Assembly: GCA_044223005.1 (NCBI GenBank)
Contig: JBGAML010000017.1
Span: forward strand, 46,391 to 110,390
DNA length: 64,000 nt
Source: Candidatus Eiseniibacteriota bacterium
GTDB lineage: Bacteria > Eisenbacteria > RBG-16-71-46
Direction: 5' to 3'
Shown: piece by piece, positions 46,655 to 56,502 of the stretch
Position numbering within the stretch: position 1 is the first letter of the stretch
How the letters are laid out: the number at the start of each line of letters is the position of its first letter
Notes under the pieces: generated by a model
Databases searched by the model: none
Seen by the model: the letters and a program-made list of their open reading frames with translations, nothing else
What the model was told of the DNA's origin: nothing
Position numbers and translations under genes: made by a program

Positions 46655-48919
46655 TCAGTCGAGCAGCACGAACCGGCGCGTGGTGCCCGGGCCGCCGGGC
46701 GTCACGAGCCGCGCGTAGTACAGGCCCGCCGCGAGCCGGACACCGTCGTCCCCGCGTCCGTTCCAGGCCACGCTCACCGGCGCGCTCGCCTCGCCACGCC
46801 AGATCGTCGCGACGCGCCGGCCCGCGACGTCCCAGACGCCGAGTTCCGAGCCGGGGCCCGCGCCGGAGAAGCCGAACCGCAGCGCGCCGCGCGCCGGGTT
46901 GGGCCACGCCGCCAGCGCGAGCGGCCGCGCGGCCGGCGCCGGCGCGGCGAGCGCGATGGGCTGCAGCGCGACGTCCGCCAGCGCGAGGTCGCCGGTGACC
47001 ACGACGCCGTAGCGCCACTCCCCCGCGTACGCCGAGCCGGGCGCGGGCACGTAGTGCAGGTCCCACGTCCCGGGCACCAGCACCACGGCATACGTCCCGA
47101 GCGCTCCGGTGAGATGGTGCGGTGTCCAGACCGGCGTGTTCCCACCCGCCGGGAACACGTCGATCGTCACGCCCGCGAGCGGCAGGAACGTCGACGCGTC
47201 GCGCACGGTGCCGGACACGAAACCGCCGCTCGCCAGCGTCGGCGGCGCGATGAACTGGCTCGAGAAGAGCGCGAGCCCGGGCTGCTCCGCCGGGCGCAGA
47301 CGCGCGAGCGAGGAGGGCACGTACTTGAGGTCGTAGCTCCCCGGCGGCACCAGCAGGTTGAACGTGCCGTCGGCCGCGGTCTGGTCGTTGGGCGTGTAGA
47401 TCTTGGTGGCCGACCCCGCCGGATAGAAGTCGAGGTCCACGCCGGAGACGACACGCGCCGAGTCGTCGAACACGGTCCCCTGGATGCGGGCGCCCGTCAC
47501 CAGCGGCATCGCCGGAAGCGTCGTCGTGGCCGCCACCGTGACGGACGGCTGCGAACCCGGAGCGAGCCCGGTGCAGTCGGGCGCGTCGTACTCCACGTCG
47601 TACGTGCCCGGGGCCAGCACGATGGTGAAGTTGCCCGCGGCGTCGGTACCGTCGTGCGCGATGCGCTGGGACACGCGCGTCAGCGCATCGACCACGTTGA
47701 CGTTCACGTTCAGCACGGGCGCGCCGCCGGGAGCGGTCACGTGGCCGCTGACGAACTGACCCGCCGCCAGCGTGACGAGGCCCAGGGACATCGGCCCGCC
47801 GACGGCGACCGAGTTCAGGTGGCCGACGAGGATCGGCTGGCCGGCGGGCGGTTCGACGTTGACGTCGTAGGTGCCCGTCGGGACGAGCACGGAGAAGCTG
47901 CCGTCGGCCGCCGTGCGGTCGTGCGTCGTCGCCTGCCGGGGCGCGCCGGCCGCGGTGACGTCGTAGAACTTGAGCTTCGCGTCCGCGAGCGGCAGGCCGT
48001 CGGGACCGTGCACGATGCCGCTGACGGCGACCGCGTCCTTGAGCTGCTCGGTCCCGAAGCTCCGGCTGCGGTCGACGATCGTCCCGGGCGAGCGGACGGA
48101 CTCCAGCGCCACGCACGCGGGCGGATCGTAGTTGAACGTCCAGGTTCCCGCGGGCACCACGACCGAGTAGTTGCCGTTGGCGTCGGTGTTGTCGTGGGCG
48201 GTGGCGAGCCGCTCGCCGGTGCAGGCGTCGTAGACGTCGATGTCGACGTTCTTGATCTTGTTGTTCCGCTTGTCGCGCACGGTGCCGGTGATCGCGAATC
48301 CCGTGCGCAGGTTGTCGACGAGCCCGGCGACGTCCGACGCCCCGACCACGAGACCGAGCCGCTCCGCGTCGGCGAACGCCGACGTCGCGGGCGGGCGGAA
48401 GTCGATGTCGTACGTCCCGGGCGGCACGCGCACGGCGTACGTTCCGGCCGCGGTGGTGACGTCCTTCGACAGGTAGACGCGATGCTGCGTCGCGCGGTCG
48501 ACGAACTTGAGGTCCACGCCCGCCGCGGCGGCGAGCGCGGGCGTGCGCACCGTGCCGGAGACGAGCCGGCCCGGGTGGAGCGTCGTGACGCCGAGCGCGA
48601 GGTTGGCGGCGACCACGACGTCCTGGAAGTCCGCGGCGGCGACGGTGCTGCCAGCCGGGGGCGTGATGTGGATGTCGTAGGTACCCGCGGGCACGACGAC
48701 GCTGTAGGTGCCGTCCGCCGCGGTCTTGTCGCCGGTGAGGAAGATGTTGTCGCCGCTGCAGAGATCGATGCAGTCGATGTCGACGTTGCCGAGGCCCGTG
48801 CCGGCTTCGTTGCGGACGGTGCCGCTGATCGTGAGCGCGCGCGACGCGCCCGCGAGCAGGACCAGCGCGAGACCCGCGCCCGAAACCGCGCGGATGGCGA
48901 ACGAACGTCCCTGGCGCAT
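46655..48919 (-). CDS. Secreted protein with seven carboxypeptidase-regulatory-like beta-sandwich repeats and FlgD-Ig/T9SS-like CTD
   Basis: Seven ~90-aa SGTV...T.A.G.Y...VP.GTYD repeats. C-terminal WPNP...WDVAGRRV...WNGR...GLYYARL. TGATG overlap with the ABC gene. Confidence 0.82.
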   Translation of the reverse strand: MRQGRSFAIRAVSGAGLALVLLAGASRALTISGTVRNEAGTGLGNVDIDCIDLCSGDNIFLTGDKTAADGTYSVVVPAGTYDIHITPPAGSTVAAADFQDVVVAANLALGVTTLHPGRLVSGTVRTPALAAAAGVDLKFVDRATQHRVYLSKDVTTAAGTYAVRVPPGTYDIDFRPPATSAFADAERLGLVVGASDVAGLVDNLRTGFAITGTVRDKRNNKIKNVDIDVYDACTGERLATAHDNTDANGNYSVVVPAGTWTFNYDPPACVALESVRSPGTIVDRSRSFGTEQLKDAVAVSGIVHGPDGLPLADAKLKFYDVTAAGAPRQATTHDRTAADGSFSVLVPTGTYDVNVEPPAGQPILVGHLNSVAVGGPMSLGLVTLAAGQFVSGHVTAPGGAPVLNVNVNVVDALTRVSQRIAHDGTDAAGNFTIVLAPGTYDVEYDAPDCTGLAPGSQPSVTVAATTTLPAMPLVTGARIQGTVFDDSARVVSGVDLDFYPAGSATKIYTPNDQTAADGTFNLLVPPGSYDLKYVPSSLARLRPAEQPGLALFSSQFIAPPTLASGGFVSGTVRDASTFLPLAGVTIDVFPAGGNTPVWTPHHLTGALGTYAVVLVPGTWDLHYVPAPGSAYAGEWRYGVVVTGDLALADVALQPIALAAPAPAARPLALAAWPNPARGALRFGFSGAGPGSELGVWDVAGRRVATIWRGEASAPVSVAWNGRGDDGVRLAAGLYYARLVTPGGPGTTRRFVLLD

Positions 48920-50811
48920 CAGTGCTCCCTCCCGGTTCCCGCGGCGCACGGCCGCGGATCGTCCACCGCGGCCGCCGGCACGGAGCGGGACCTGGCGGCG
49001 GATTCGGTGAACAACTGGCGGTAACGGCCATCGCGCGCGACGAGCGCGTCGTGCGGCCCTTCCTCGACGATGCGGCCGTGGTCGAGCACCACGATCCGGT
49101 CCGCGCGCCGCACCGTGGAGGCGCGGTGCGCGATCACGAACGTGGTCCGGCCGCGCATGACGCCCGCGAGCGCGTCCTGGATCAGCACTTCGGATTCGAC
49201 GTCCACGGCGGACGTGGCCTCGTCGAGCACGAGGATCGGCGGGTTGCCGAGCACGGCGCGTGCGAGCGCGATGCGCTGCAATTGGCCGCCGGAGAGGCGC
49301 TGCCCGCGCTCGCCGACCTCGGTCGCGTACCCCTCGGGCAGCCCCGAGATGAACTCGTGGGCGTTGGCGACGCGCGCCGCCTCGAGGATCTCCGCCTCGG
49401 TGGCCTCGGGGCGCCCGTAGCGGATGTTCTCCGCGATGCTCCCCGAGAACAGGATCGTCTCCTGCGTGACCACGCCGACCTGGCGGCGCAGCGAGCGGAG
49501 ATCGACGTCCTTCAGGTCGGTGCCGTCGATCGTGATGCGGCCCGCGTCCGGCGCGAGGAAGCGGAGCAGCAGGTTCACCAGCGTCGTCTTGCCCGCGCCG
49601 TTGTGGCCCACGAGCGCGACCGTCTCCCCCGGGCGGGCGTGGAGCGTCACGTCGCGCAGGACGGGCTCTCCGGGCCGGTAGGCGAACTCGATGCCCTCAA
49701 ACCGCACCTCCCCGCGGGTCACGACGAGCGGCGCGCCTTCCGACGACTCCTGCTGCAGCGCCGTTTCGTCGAAGAAGTCGAGGATGCGATCGAGCGAGAC
49801 GCGCGCCGCCTGGTAGGTTTCGTTCGTCTTCGCGAGCCGCCGCAACGGCGGGAACAGCATCGAGCTCAGGGCGTAGAACGCCATCAGGCTGCCCTTGGTC
49901 ATGTGCCCGGCGAGCACGTCCCGCCCGCCGATCCAGAGCACGAGGGCGGCGCCCAGCGCGACGGTCGTGTTGGCGGCGGCGGTGAGCAGGCCGCCGAGGC
50001 GGGCCTTGTCGATCAGGTGATCGCGCATGCGGCCCGTCTGCTCCTCGAGCCGCCGGCTCTCGGCCGACTCCTGCCCGAACGCCTTGACCACGACGGCTCC
50101 GGCGATCTTCTCCTGCAGGTTGCCCGACAGCGCCGAACGTTCGCGGCGGGCCAACCGGCCCGTCTCCCGCAGGCGCGGATTCAGGCGCACGAACGCGTAG
50201 ACGTAGAACGGCAGCAGGGCCATCACGATCAGCGCCAGCCGGGCGTTGACCGTGAGGATGCAGACGATCACGGCCAGGACGGTCACGCCGTCCATCAGCG
50301 CGCGGATGAAGCCGTCCGTGATCATGTCGAGCACGGCGTTGATGTCGCCCATGAGCCGCAGCATCAGCTTGCCGGTGCTCGCACTGCGGAAGAACTGCAT
50401 GGTCAGCGACTGCAGGTGGCGGAAGAGGTCGAGCCGGAGCTCGAACACGATGCGCTGGCCGATCGTCTCCGACACGGCGCGCTGCCCGTAGACGACGAAG
50501 CCCTTGATCACCGCGAGCGTCACCAGCGTGACGAAGATCGCAAGCAGGAACTGTTCCGACGGCAGGTGCAGCCCGAACAGGCGGGAGTGCTCGTGGTGCT
50601 TGAGCACCGCGTCGATCACGCGGCGCAGGAAGAACGGGATCGGGATGTCGATCACGGCGAGCGCGAGCGAGAGCCCGAGCGTCGCGATCACGAGCCCCAT
50701 GTGCCGGCGGGCGTACGGCGCGAGCCGCTGCAGCTCCTCGAGCTGTCCGCGCTCGCGCCCTTCGTCGAGCGCGGGGTCGATCGCGCTCGCCGGCATCGGT
50801 GTCACGGTCAT
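48919..50811 (-). CDS. ABC exporter, fused TMD-NBD (MsbA-like fold)
   Basis: Multi-TM N-half. [19 protein letters not shown] and IAHR. Confidence 0.92.
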   Translation of the reverse strand: MTVTPMPASAIDPALDEGRERGQLEELQRLAPYARRHMGLVIATLGLSLALAVIDIPIPFFLRRVIDAVLKHHEHSRLFGLHLPSEQFLLAIFVTLVTLAVIKGFVVYGQRAVSETIGQRIVFELRLDLFRHLQSLTMQFFRSASTGKLMLRLMGDINAVLDMITDGFIRALMDGVTVLAVIVCILTVNARLALIVMALLPFYVYAFVRLNPRLRETGRLARRERSALSGNLQEKIAGAVVVKAFGQESAESRRLEEQTGRMRDHLIDKARLGGLLTAAANTTVALGAALVLWIGGRDVLAGHMTKGSLMAFYALSSMLFPPLRRLAKTNETYQAARVSLDRILDFFDETALQQESSEGAPLVVTRGEVRFEGIEFAYRPGEPVLRDVTLHARPGETVALVGHNGAGKTTLVNLLLRFLAPDAGRITIDGTDLKDVDLRSLRRQVGVVTQETILFSGSIAENIRYGRPEATEAEILEAARVANAHEFISGLPEGYATEVGERGQRLSGGQLQRIALARAVLGNPPILVLDEATSAVDVESEVLIQDALAGVMRGRTTFVIAHRASTVRRADRIVVLDHGRIVEEGPHDALVARDGRYRQLFTESAARSRSVPAAAVDDPRPCAAGTGREH

Positions 50812-50818
50812 CGTGGGC

Positions 50819-51979
50819 TCAGCTCGCGGCGAGGCGCGCGTCCGCCGCGTCGTCCGGCGCGGCGAAGCGGGCGGACGCGCGCGGGACGGCACGCGCCGCG
50901 CGCGGCGCGGACGTCCGGCGGCCACCCCGGCCGGGGCGCCGCTGCGGGCGGGCCGCCCGCAGCGCGCGGAGCTCGGGCACGAGCGCGCCCGCGAGGATCG
51001 ACGCGCCGTCGAGGCAGCGCATGCCGCAGGCGGCCTCGACCTCGCGCTGACCCAGCACGCCGTTCGCGACGGGGCCCGCGGTCGCGAGCACCGAAAAGCC
51101 GAGCTCGCGCAGCCGGCGCACGCCGCTCTCGACCGAGAGCGCATCGGGGCCGGCGAACGTGACGGCATCGACGGAGTCGCGGAAACCTTCGTCGCCGAGA
51201 AGCATCGCGGTCTCGCGCTGGATCACGCCGTCCGCGATCTCGATCACGACGAACTCGGGGGACTGTTCCGCCAGCGCGGCCCGCAGGCGCGACGAGATGT
51301 CGAGCAGCTCGCCCGCCGAGCACCCGGCCGTGGACGGCCAGCCCGCGTGCGTGAAATCGAGGACCTCGATCGCGCCCGCGTCGAAGAGCACGTTGGGATC
51401 CTTGCGGCACGCCGTGCCCGTGATCTTCGCGGCCGCCACGCGGTGACCCGCCGTCGTGAGGCTGCGCACGATCTGGGCGGCCGTGGTCGTCTTGCCCGCG
51501 TTCATGGACGCGCCGAGCGACAGGATCGTGGTCGGACCGTCCGCGGGCACGCGCGCCGCCGGCACCGGCGCGAAGCTCGAGAGGTGCAGCGGCCGGCCGT
51601 CGCGCCCCGTGAGCCGGCCGAGCCATTCGATGATCGTCGGCTCCGGCATGCGGTTGTTCATGCTGACGACCTCGCCGCAGACGCCGCCGATGCCGACGAT
51701 GTGGCCGAATCCCCCCGAGCACCGGGCGACCGCCTCGAACTGGTCGGTGGCGTAGCGGTTGCCGAGGGCGCCGACGAACACGTCGCCCTCGTAGAGCGCC
51801 ATCTTGCGGCCATCGTGCGTCTCGAGATCGCGATGCTTGCCGATCGTGACGACGCGGGCGAGCAGCAGGCTGCCGGGGGCCGTCTCCTCGATCGGGGGAA
51901 GGAGACCGGCGACGCGCCGGCGGTCGATCGAGTGCGTCACGTAGGGCCACTTGATGCGGGCGCCCTGGAACGAGTCCAT
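50819..51979 (-). CDS. DUF1611-like P-loop NTPase
   Basis: GNRYATDQFE, GASMNAGKTT, AKITGT, G.PST and EIADG..QRET. GGAG RBS. Confidence 0.75.
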   Translation of the reverse strand: MDSFQGARIKWPYVTHSIDRRRVAGLLPPIEETAPGSLLLARVVTIGKHRDLETHDGRKMALYEGDVFVGALGNRYATDQFEAVARCSGGFGHIVGIGGVCGEVVSMNNRMPEPTIIEWLGRLTGRDGRPLHLSSFAPVPAARVPADGPTTILSLGASMNAGKTTTAAQIVRSLTTAGHRVAAAKITGTACRKDPNVLFDAGAIEVLDFTHAGWPSTAGCSAGELLDISSRLRAALAEQSPEFVVIEIADGVIQRETAMLLGDEGFRDSVDAVTFAGPDALSVESGVRRLRELGFSVLATAGPVANGVLGQREVEAACGMRCLDGASILAGALVPELRALRAARPQRRPGRGGRRTSAPRAARAVPRASARFAAPDDAADARLAAS

Positions 51980-52088
51980 GGGGTCGTTCTCCACCGTTGG
52001 GGGCAGTGAGGCTCCGGGCGCGGGACCCGGGCGAGCCGTGCGGGCGATCGCGCCCGCGGGACGACCTCAATACATGTTCAAACACACG

Positions 52089-52110
52089 AATGTGACTCGC
52101 GCGTCGCATT
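52089..52110. promoter_or_regulatory. 22-bp inverted repeat upstream of the DUF1611-like operon
   Basis: AATGTGAC-TCGCGC-GTCGCATT (1 mismatch) in an AT-enriched patch. Confidence 0.45.
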
Positions 52111-52212
52111 TCGCCCCGGACCCCGTGCGGGTGCGCGAAACGCCCCCGCCGCGCGCGCGACGATTCCCGGCCGAGCCGCGTCACACGGCGGCGCGAGCCT
52201 CGTAGGCGCGCG

Positions 52213-52248
52213 AACGGCCGCGATCCGGTGCCCCGGATCGCGGCCGTT
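52213..52248 (-). terminator. Perfect 16-bp hairpin after the metallophosphoesterase gene
   Basis: AACGGCCGCGATCCGG-tgcc-CCGGATCGCGGCCGTT. Confidence 0.65.
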
Positions 52249-52268
52249 TCGGGAGTTCGAGAACCGAG

Positions 52269-54080
52269 CTACGGCAGCAGCGCCACGCGTCGCGTCGCCG
52301 AGCCCGCCGGCGTCGCCAGCCGCAGCAGGTAGAGCGCGGGCCGCAGCGCGCCGCCGTCCTCGGCGCGTCCCCCCCACGTCGCTTCGTGCTCGCCCGCGGC
52401 CTGCGTTCCGGACGCGAGCGTCGCCACGCGCCGGCCGCCGAGGTCGAAGAGCTCCAGCCGGACGTCCGCCGCCACGGGCAGCGTCCAGCGGACGCGCAGC
52501 GGGCCGCCGCTCGCCGCGTACGGATTGGGTGCGGGCGCCGCGAGCGAGACCCGCGCGGGCACGATCGCCGCGGGCACGCCGGCCACGGGCGCCGACGCCT
52601 GCACCGTGACGGCGATCGTGCTCGAGGCCGGGATCACGCAGTCCACGAGGACGACGGCGACCCCGTTCGCGCGCGTCACCTGGGCGATCGTGCCGCCCGT
52701 CGCGGTGAACGACGAATCGTGGTCGGCCATGTGGAACGTGACGCGCGCGTGGTTCCACGCCTCGCCGAAGCGGTTGAGCAACGTGATCGAGTTGAGCGAA
52801 CGCGTGCCGTTGTCCGGCGCGGCCCAGGCGACGCCGAGCGAATCGGTCGCCTTGCTGCTCAGCGTGCTGGAGAAGTGCATGGGGCCCGGCGTGATCACCC
52901 CGTTCGAGACGTGGAAGATGCGGAAGGCCCGGTAGTCGATCACCGAACGGCAGCCCAGGTCGAACGGCTTCGCCGAGCGGGCCGTGTTCTTGTCCTCGGC
53001 GACCACGTGGTTGTGGCCCCAGATCGCGCCGTCGACGCCCAGCGTGCCCACGTTGATCTGCGAGAAGTTGGCGCCCGGCGATCCGTTGGCGTTCGTACCG
53101 CCGAAATCGTAGTGGTAGAAGAGCAGCTTGTGCGTGCCGGCGGGCTGCGCGGCGAGGTCGGCCTGCAACCGGCTCATCTGCTCGGGCGTGAAGCTCTGCG
53201 CGCCCCAGAGGTCGGTGCGGTACGTGTCGTACGAGCCGTTGTTGATGTACGCCTCGAGCCCGACCACGTGCAGGTTGCCGTAGTCGAACGTGAAGTCCTG
53301 CGAGTGCCACGGGTCGCCGGACGGCGGATTCTCCAGCCACTTCCAGCCGAAGTACCGCCACCAGTTCTTGCGCGACGTGCCGTCGGGCGGCGGCGTGGGC
53401 TTCCATCCGCCGATGTCGTGATTGCCCGTCGACACCCACACCGGCGCCTCCAGGTGGTCGAGCATGCCCTGGGCACGGCCCATCTCGTACATCGCCCACT
53501 GCTCCTCGAGCTCGCCTTCGTTCACGAGATCGCCCGTGTGGATGATGAACTCGGGATGGATGACGTTGAGGTCCTCGATCACCGCGTCGAAGTCCGCCAT
53601 GCCCGTCGTGTCGGAGGCGTTGATCCCGCTCGAGGTCGAGAACGTGTGCTCGGGCAGGTGCGTGTCGGTGATCTGGGCGAAGTCGTAGTCGGTGCGGTAG
53701 GACGGCAGGACCCGGACCGCGTGCCGCGCCGTGTCGGAGGCCGTGGAATCCGAGACGAGCGAGAGTGCCCAGGTCGCTTCCGGCGTGCCCGGCGGCACGG
53801 TGAAGAGCAGCTCCCAGCGCCCCTTGTTCGCCTGCCAGCCCCCGCCCGCGGGCGTGAGCGGCACGTGCAGCCCACCCCAGTGGATCGCGGCGCTCCATCC
53901 GGTCGTTCCGCTTCCGGCGCTCGCCCACACCGTGACGGTGCCTCCGGGCAGCACGAGCGCGGGCAGGTTGGGCAGCGGGCGCAGGATCGTGGTGAGCGTG
54001 TCGCCGTAGGACCAGGCGTGCGCGGCGTGGGGCGCGGCGGCGAGGGCCGCCGCCAGCAGGATCGTCGCGAAGCGTCGCAT
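52269..54080 (-). CDS. Secreted calcineurin-like metallophosphoesterase with FlgD-Ig/T9SS-like CTD
   Basis: Signal peptide. DTH, GDLV, GNHD, FYH and GHNH. C-terminal PNP...FDLGGRRV...W.GR...LYLLRL. Confidence 0.87.
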   Translation of the reverse strand: MRRFATILLAAALAAAPHAAHAWSYGDTLTTILRPLPNLPALVLPGGTVTVWASAGSGTTGWSAAIHWGGLHVPLTPAGGGWQANKGRWELLFTVPPGTPEATWALSLVSDSTASDTARHAVRVLPSYRTDYDFAQITDTHLPEHTFSTSSGINASDTTGMADFDAVIEDLNVIHPEFIIHTGDLVNEGELEEQWAMYEMGRAQGMLDHLEAPVWVSTGNHDIGGWKPTPPPDGTSRKNWWRYFGWKWLENPPSGDPWHSQDFTFDYGNLHVVGLEAYINNGSYDTYRTDLWGAQSFTPEQMSRLQADLAAQPAGTHKLLFYHYDFGGTNANGSPGANFSQINVGTLGVDGAIWGHNHVVAEDKNTARSAKPFDLGCRSVIDYRAFRIFHVSNGVITPGPMHFSSTLSSKATDSLGVAWAAPDNGTRSLNSITLLNRFGEAWNHARVTFHMADHDSSFTATGGTIAQVTRANGVAVVLVDCVIPASSTIAVTVQASAPVAGVPAAIVPARVSLAAPAPNPYAASGGPLRVRWTLPVAADVRLELFDLGGRRVATLASGTQAAGEHEATWGGRAEDGGALRPALYLLRLATPAGSATRRVALLP

Positions 54081-54307
54081 CGAGGGACTCCGGGGGCCGA
54101 AGACGCGTGGGGTATCCCAAAAGGCTCGCATCCCACGGCCCGGCGCCCCAGTGAAATCGCACCGGACGCGCGGGCACAGGACGAGGGCGTGCAGTCCCAC
54201 GCACCGCGAAGCGTGCTCCGACGCGCGAACGGCGGGCGGCAAGCGCTTGCGCGGAAACGCGTTCCGCGCGTCGCTCGTGCGGGCCGGCGGCGGCGAGCCG
54301 CGCCGGT

Positions 54308-55597
54308 TCAGGCCCCCGGCTTCGGCCTCCACCACCGCTTCCCGGCGAGTTCGTCCGGCAGGTGCTGCTGCGCGGCGGCGCCCTCGGGGTCGTCGTGGGC
54401 GTAGGCGTAGCCCTTGCCGTAACCCAGGTCCTTCATGAGCGACGTCGGCGCGTTGCGGATCACGAGCGGCGGCGGCAGCGAGCCGCTGGATTCGACCTCG
54501 GCCATGACCTCGCCGAAGGCCTTGTAGATCGCGTTCGACTTGGGTGCGAGCGCCAGGTGCACGACCGACTGCGCGAGCGCGAGCTCGCCCTCGGGGCTGC
54601 CGAGCTGGTGATAGGCTTGGAACGCCGCGGTGGCGACGAGCAGCGCCTGCGGGTCGGCCATGCCCACGTCCTCGCTCGCGAAGCGCACGAGCCGGCGCGC
54701 GATGTAGAGCGGATCCTCGCCCGCCGCGAGCATGCGTGCGAACCAGTAGAGCCCCGCGTCGACGTCGGAGTCGCGCAGGCTCTTGTGGAGCGCGCTGATC
54801 AGGTTGTAGTGCTCCTCGCCCGCCTTGTCGTAGCGCAGGTGCTTGCGCGCGAGCGCCTCGCGGACGTCGTCGGCCTCGATCCCGCGCCCCATCGCCTCGG
54901 CGCTGGCCGCGGCGATCTCGAGCGTGGTGAGCGCGCGGCGGCCGTCGCCATCGGCGGCGGCCGCGAGCAGGTCGAGCGCCTCGTCGGTGGCCGCGATGCG
55001 GCCCGCGAGCCCGCGCTCGGAAACGAGCGCGCGGTCCAACAGCGCGCGCACGTCGGGCGCCTTGAGCTCCTTCAGGACGAGGACGCGCGCCCGCGAGAGG
55101 AGCGCCGAGTTCACCTCGAAGCTCGGGTTCTCGGTGGTGGCGCCGATGAACACGATGTCGCCGCGTTCCACGTGCGCGAGGAAGGCGTCCTGCTGCGCCT
55201 TATTGAAGCGGTGGATCTCGTCGACGAACAGGATCGTGCTCTTGCCGGTGCGGCGGCGGTGCTGCGCCGCGCGCTCCATGACCTCCTTCACTTCCTTGAC
55301 GCCCGAGAGCACCGCCGAGAGCTGGACGAACGGCACGCCCGCCGTACGCGCGACGAGCCGCGCGAGCGTCGTCTTGCCCGTGCCGGGCGGCCCCCAGAGG
55401 ACGATGCTCGACAGGTGCCGGCCGTCGCGCATGAGCGCGATCGGGCTGCCCGGGTGCAGCAGGTGCGGCTGGCCGACCAGTTCGTCGAAGCTGCGCGGCC
55501 GCATGCGGTCCGCGAGCGGCGCGTTGGGCCCGGGGTCCGGAGGCAGCGCGCCGAAACCGGGCGCGGGCGCGTCGCCGAAGAGATCGCCGCTGCTCAT
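54308..55597 (-). CDS. rarA: Replication-associated recombination protein A (MgsA)
   Basis: [30 protein letters not shown] and GATTENPSF. Confidence 0.95.
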   Translation of the reverse strand: MSSGDLFGDAPAPGFGALPPDPGPNAPLADRMRPRSFDELVGQPHLLHPGSPIALMRDGRHLSSIVLWGPPGTGKTTLARLVARTAGVPFVQLSAVLSGVKEVKEVMERAAQHRRRTGKSTILFVDEIHRFNKAQQDAFLAHVERGDIVFIGATTENPSFEVNSALLSRARVLVLKELKAPDVRALLDRALVSERGLAGRIAATDEALDLLAAAADGDGRRALTTLEIAAASAEAMGRGIEADDVREALARKHLRYDKAGEEHYNLISALHKSLRDSDVDAGLYWFARMLAAGEDPLYIARRLVRFASEDVGMADPQALLVATAAFQAYHQLGSPEGELALAQSVVHLALAPKSNAIYKAFGEVMAEVESSGSLPPPLVIRNAPTSLMKDLGYGKGYAYAHDDPEGAAAQQHLPDELAGKRWWRPKPGA

Positions 55598-56502
55598 GGC
55601 CGGGGCGCGGGCTCGACCGGCGCGGCCGCGCGCTGGCCCGGGGCGATGGGCAGCTCACAGCACTGGCCGCTGGCGATGAAGTCGGTGAGCAGCGCCGCGG
55701 CCTGTTCCACGGTGTCCGGACGGCCGAGCGAGATGCCGCGTGCCTCGAGCGCCTGGAAGAGCTCGGCCAGCACGGGCGGCTCGAGGTTGGTGGCCTTGAG
55801 CAGTTCGACGTCGCGGAAGATGTCGGCGGGCGCTCCCTTGGCCACGATCTCGCCGCCCTTCTTGAGCACGTACACCTTGTCCGCGAGCGCCGACACGAGC
55901 GGCACGTCGTGCGTCGCGATGACCAGCGACACGCCCTGTTCGCGGTTGAGCCGGTTGAGCAGGTCCACGAGTTCGCCGCGCGAGAGCGGGTCGAGTCCCT
56001 CGAACGGCTCGTCCAGCACGAGCAGCTCCGGCTCCAGCACGAGCGCTCCCGCGAGCGCGACCTTGCGCTTCTCGCCGCCCGAGAGGTAGTGGCAAACCTT
56101 GTGGCGCAGGTGCTCGATGCCGGTGCGGCGCAGCGCCGCGGTGACCTTGGATTCGACCTCGGCGTCGGTGTAGCCGTAGTTGCGCGGGCTGAACGAGACG
56201 TCGTCGAACACGGTCGGCGCCACGATCTGCTCGTCGCTGTTCTGCAGCAGCACACCCACGCGCTCGCGGATCTTGCTGAAGTTGCGCGCCGGGTCGGCGC
56301 CGAACACGCGCACCTCGCCCTCCTGCGGCGCGAGCAGGCCGAGCACGTGGTAGAGCAGCGTGCTCTTGCCGCAGCCGTTGGGGCCCACGATCACGATGCG
56401 CTGCCCGGGCTCGACGACGAAGTCGAGGCCGCAGAGGTGCACCGACGTGCGGTCCGGATAGGTGTGCCGCACGCACGAGACGTGGACGATCGGGTCGCTC
56501 AT
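55594..56502 (-). CDS. cbiO: Second ECF transporter ATPase, Cys-rich
   Basis: [15 protein letters not shown] and VLDEP. ATGA overlaps on both sides. Confidence 0.87.
   Translation of the reverse strand: MSDPIVHVSCVRHTYPDRTSVHLCGLDFVVEPGQRIVIVGPNGCGKSTLLYHVLGLLAPQEGEVRVFGADPARNFSKIRERVGVLLQNSDEQIVAPTVFDDVSFSPRNYGYTDAEVESKVTAALRRTGIEHLRHKVCHYLSGGEKRKVALAGALVLEPELLVLDEPFEGLDPLSRGELVDLLNRLNREQGVSLVIATHDVPLVSALADKVYVLKKGGEIVAKGAPADIFRDVELLKATNLEPPVLAELFQALEARGISLGRPDTVEQAAALLTDFIASGQCCELPIAPGQRAAAPVEPAPRP

Noticed and set aside
45534..49031. Apparent giant or fusion ORFs in the track (also 867-3848, 3341-5224, 8272-10296, 41629-43935, 56499-58826, 59502-61385)
   Set aside because: The N-terminal parts are off-frame read-ins over the upstream gene; real starts are marked by RBS and stop/start overlaps.
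48919..50811. Calling the exporter msbA or a type I secretion ATPase
   Set aside because: No lpx genes, HlyD or TolC in the operon and no C39 domain; the substrate cannot be determined from sequence.
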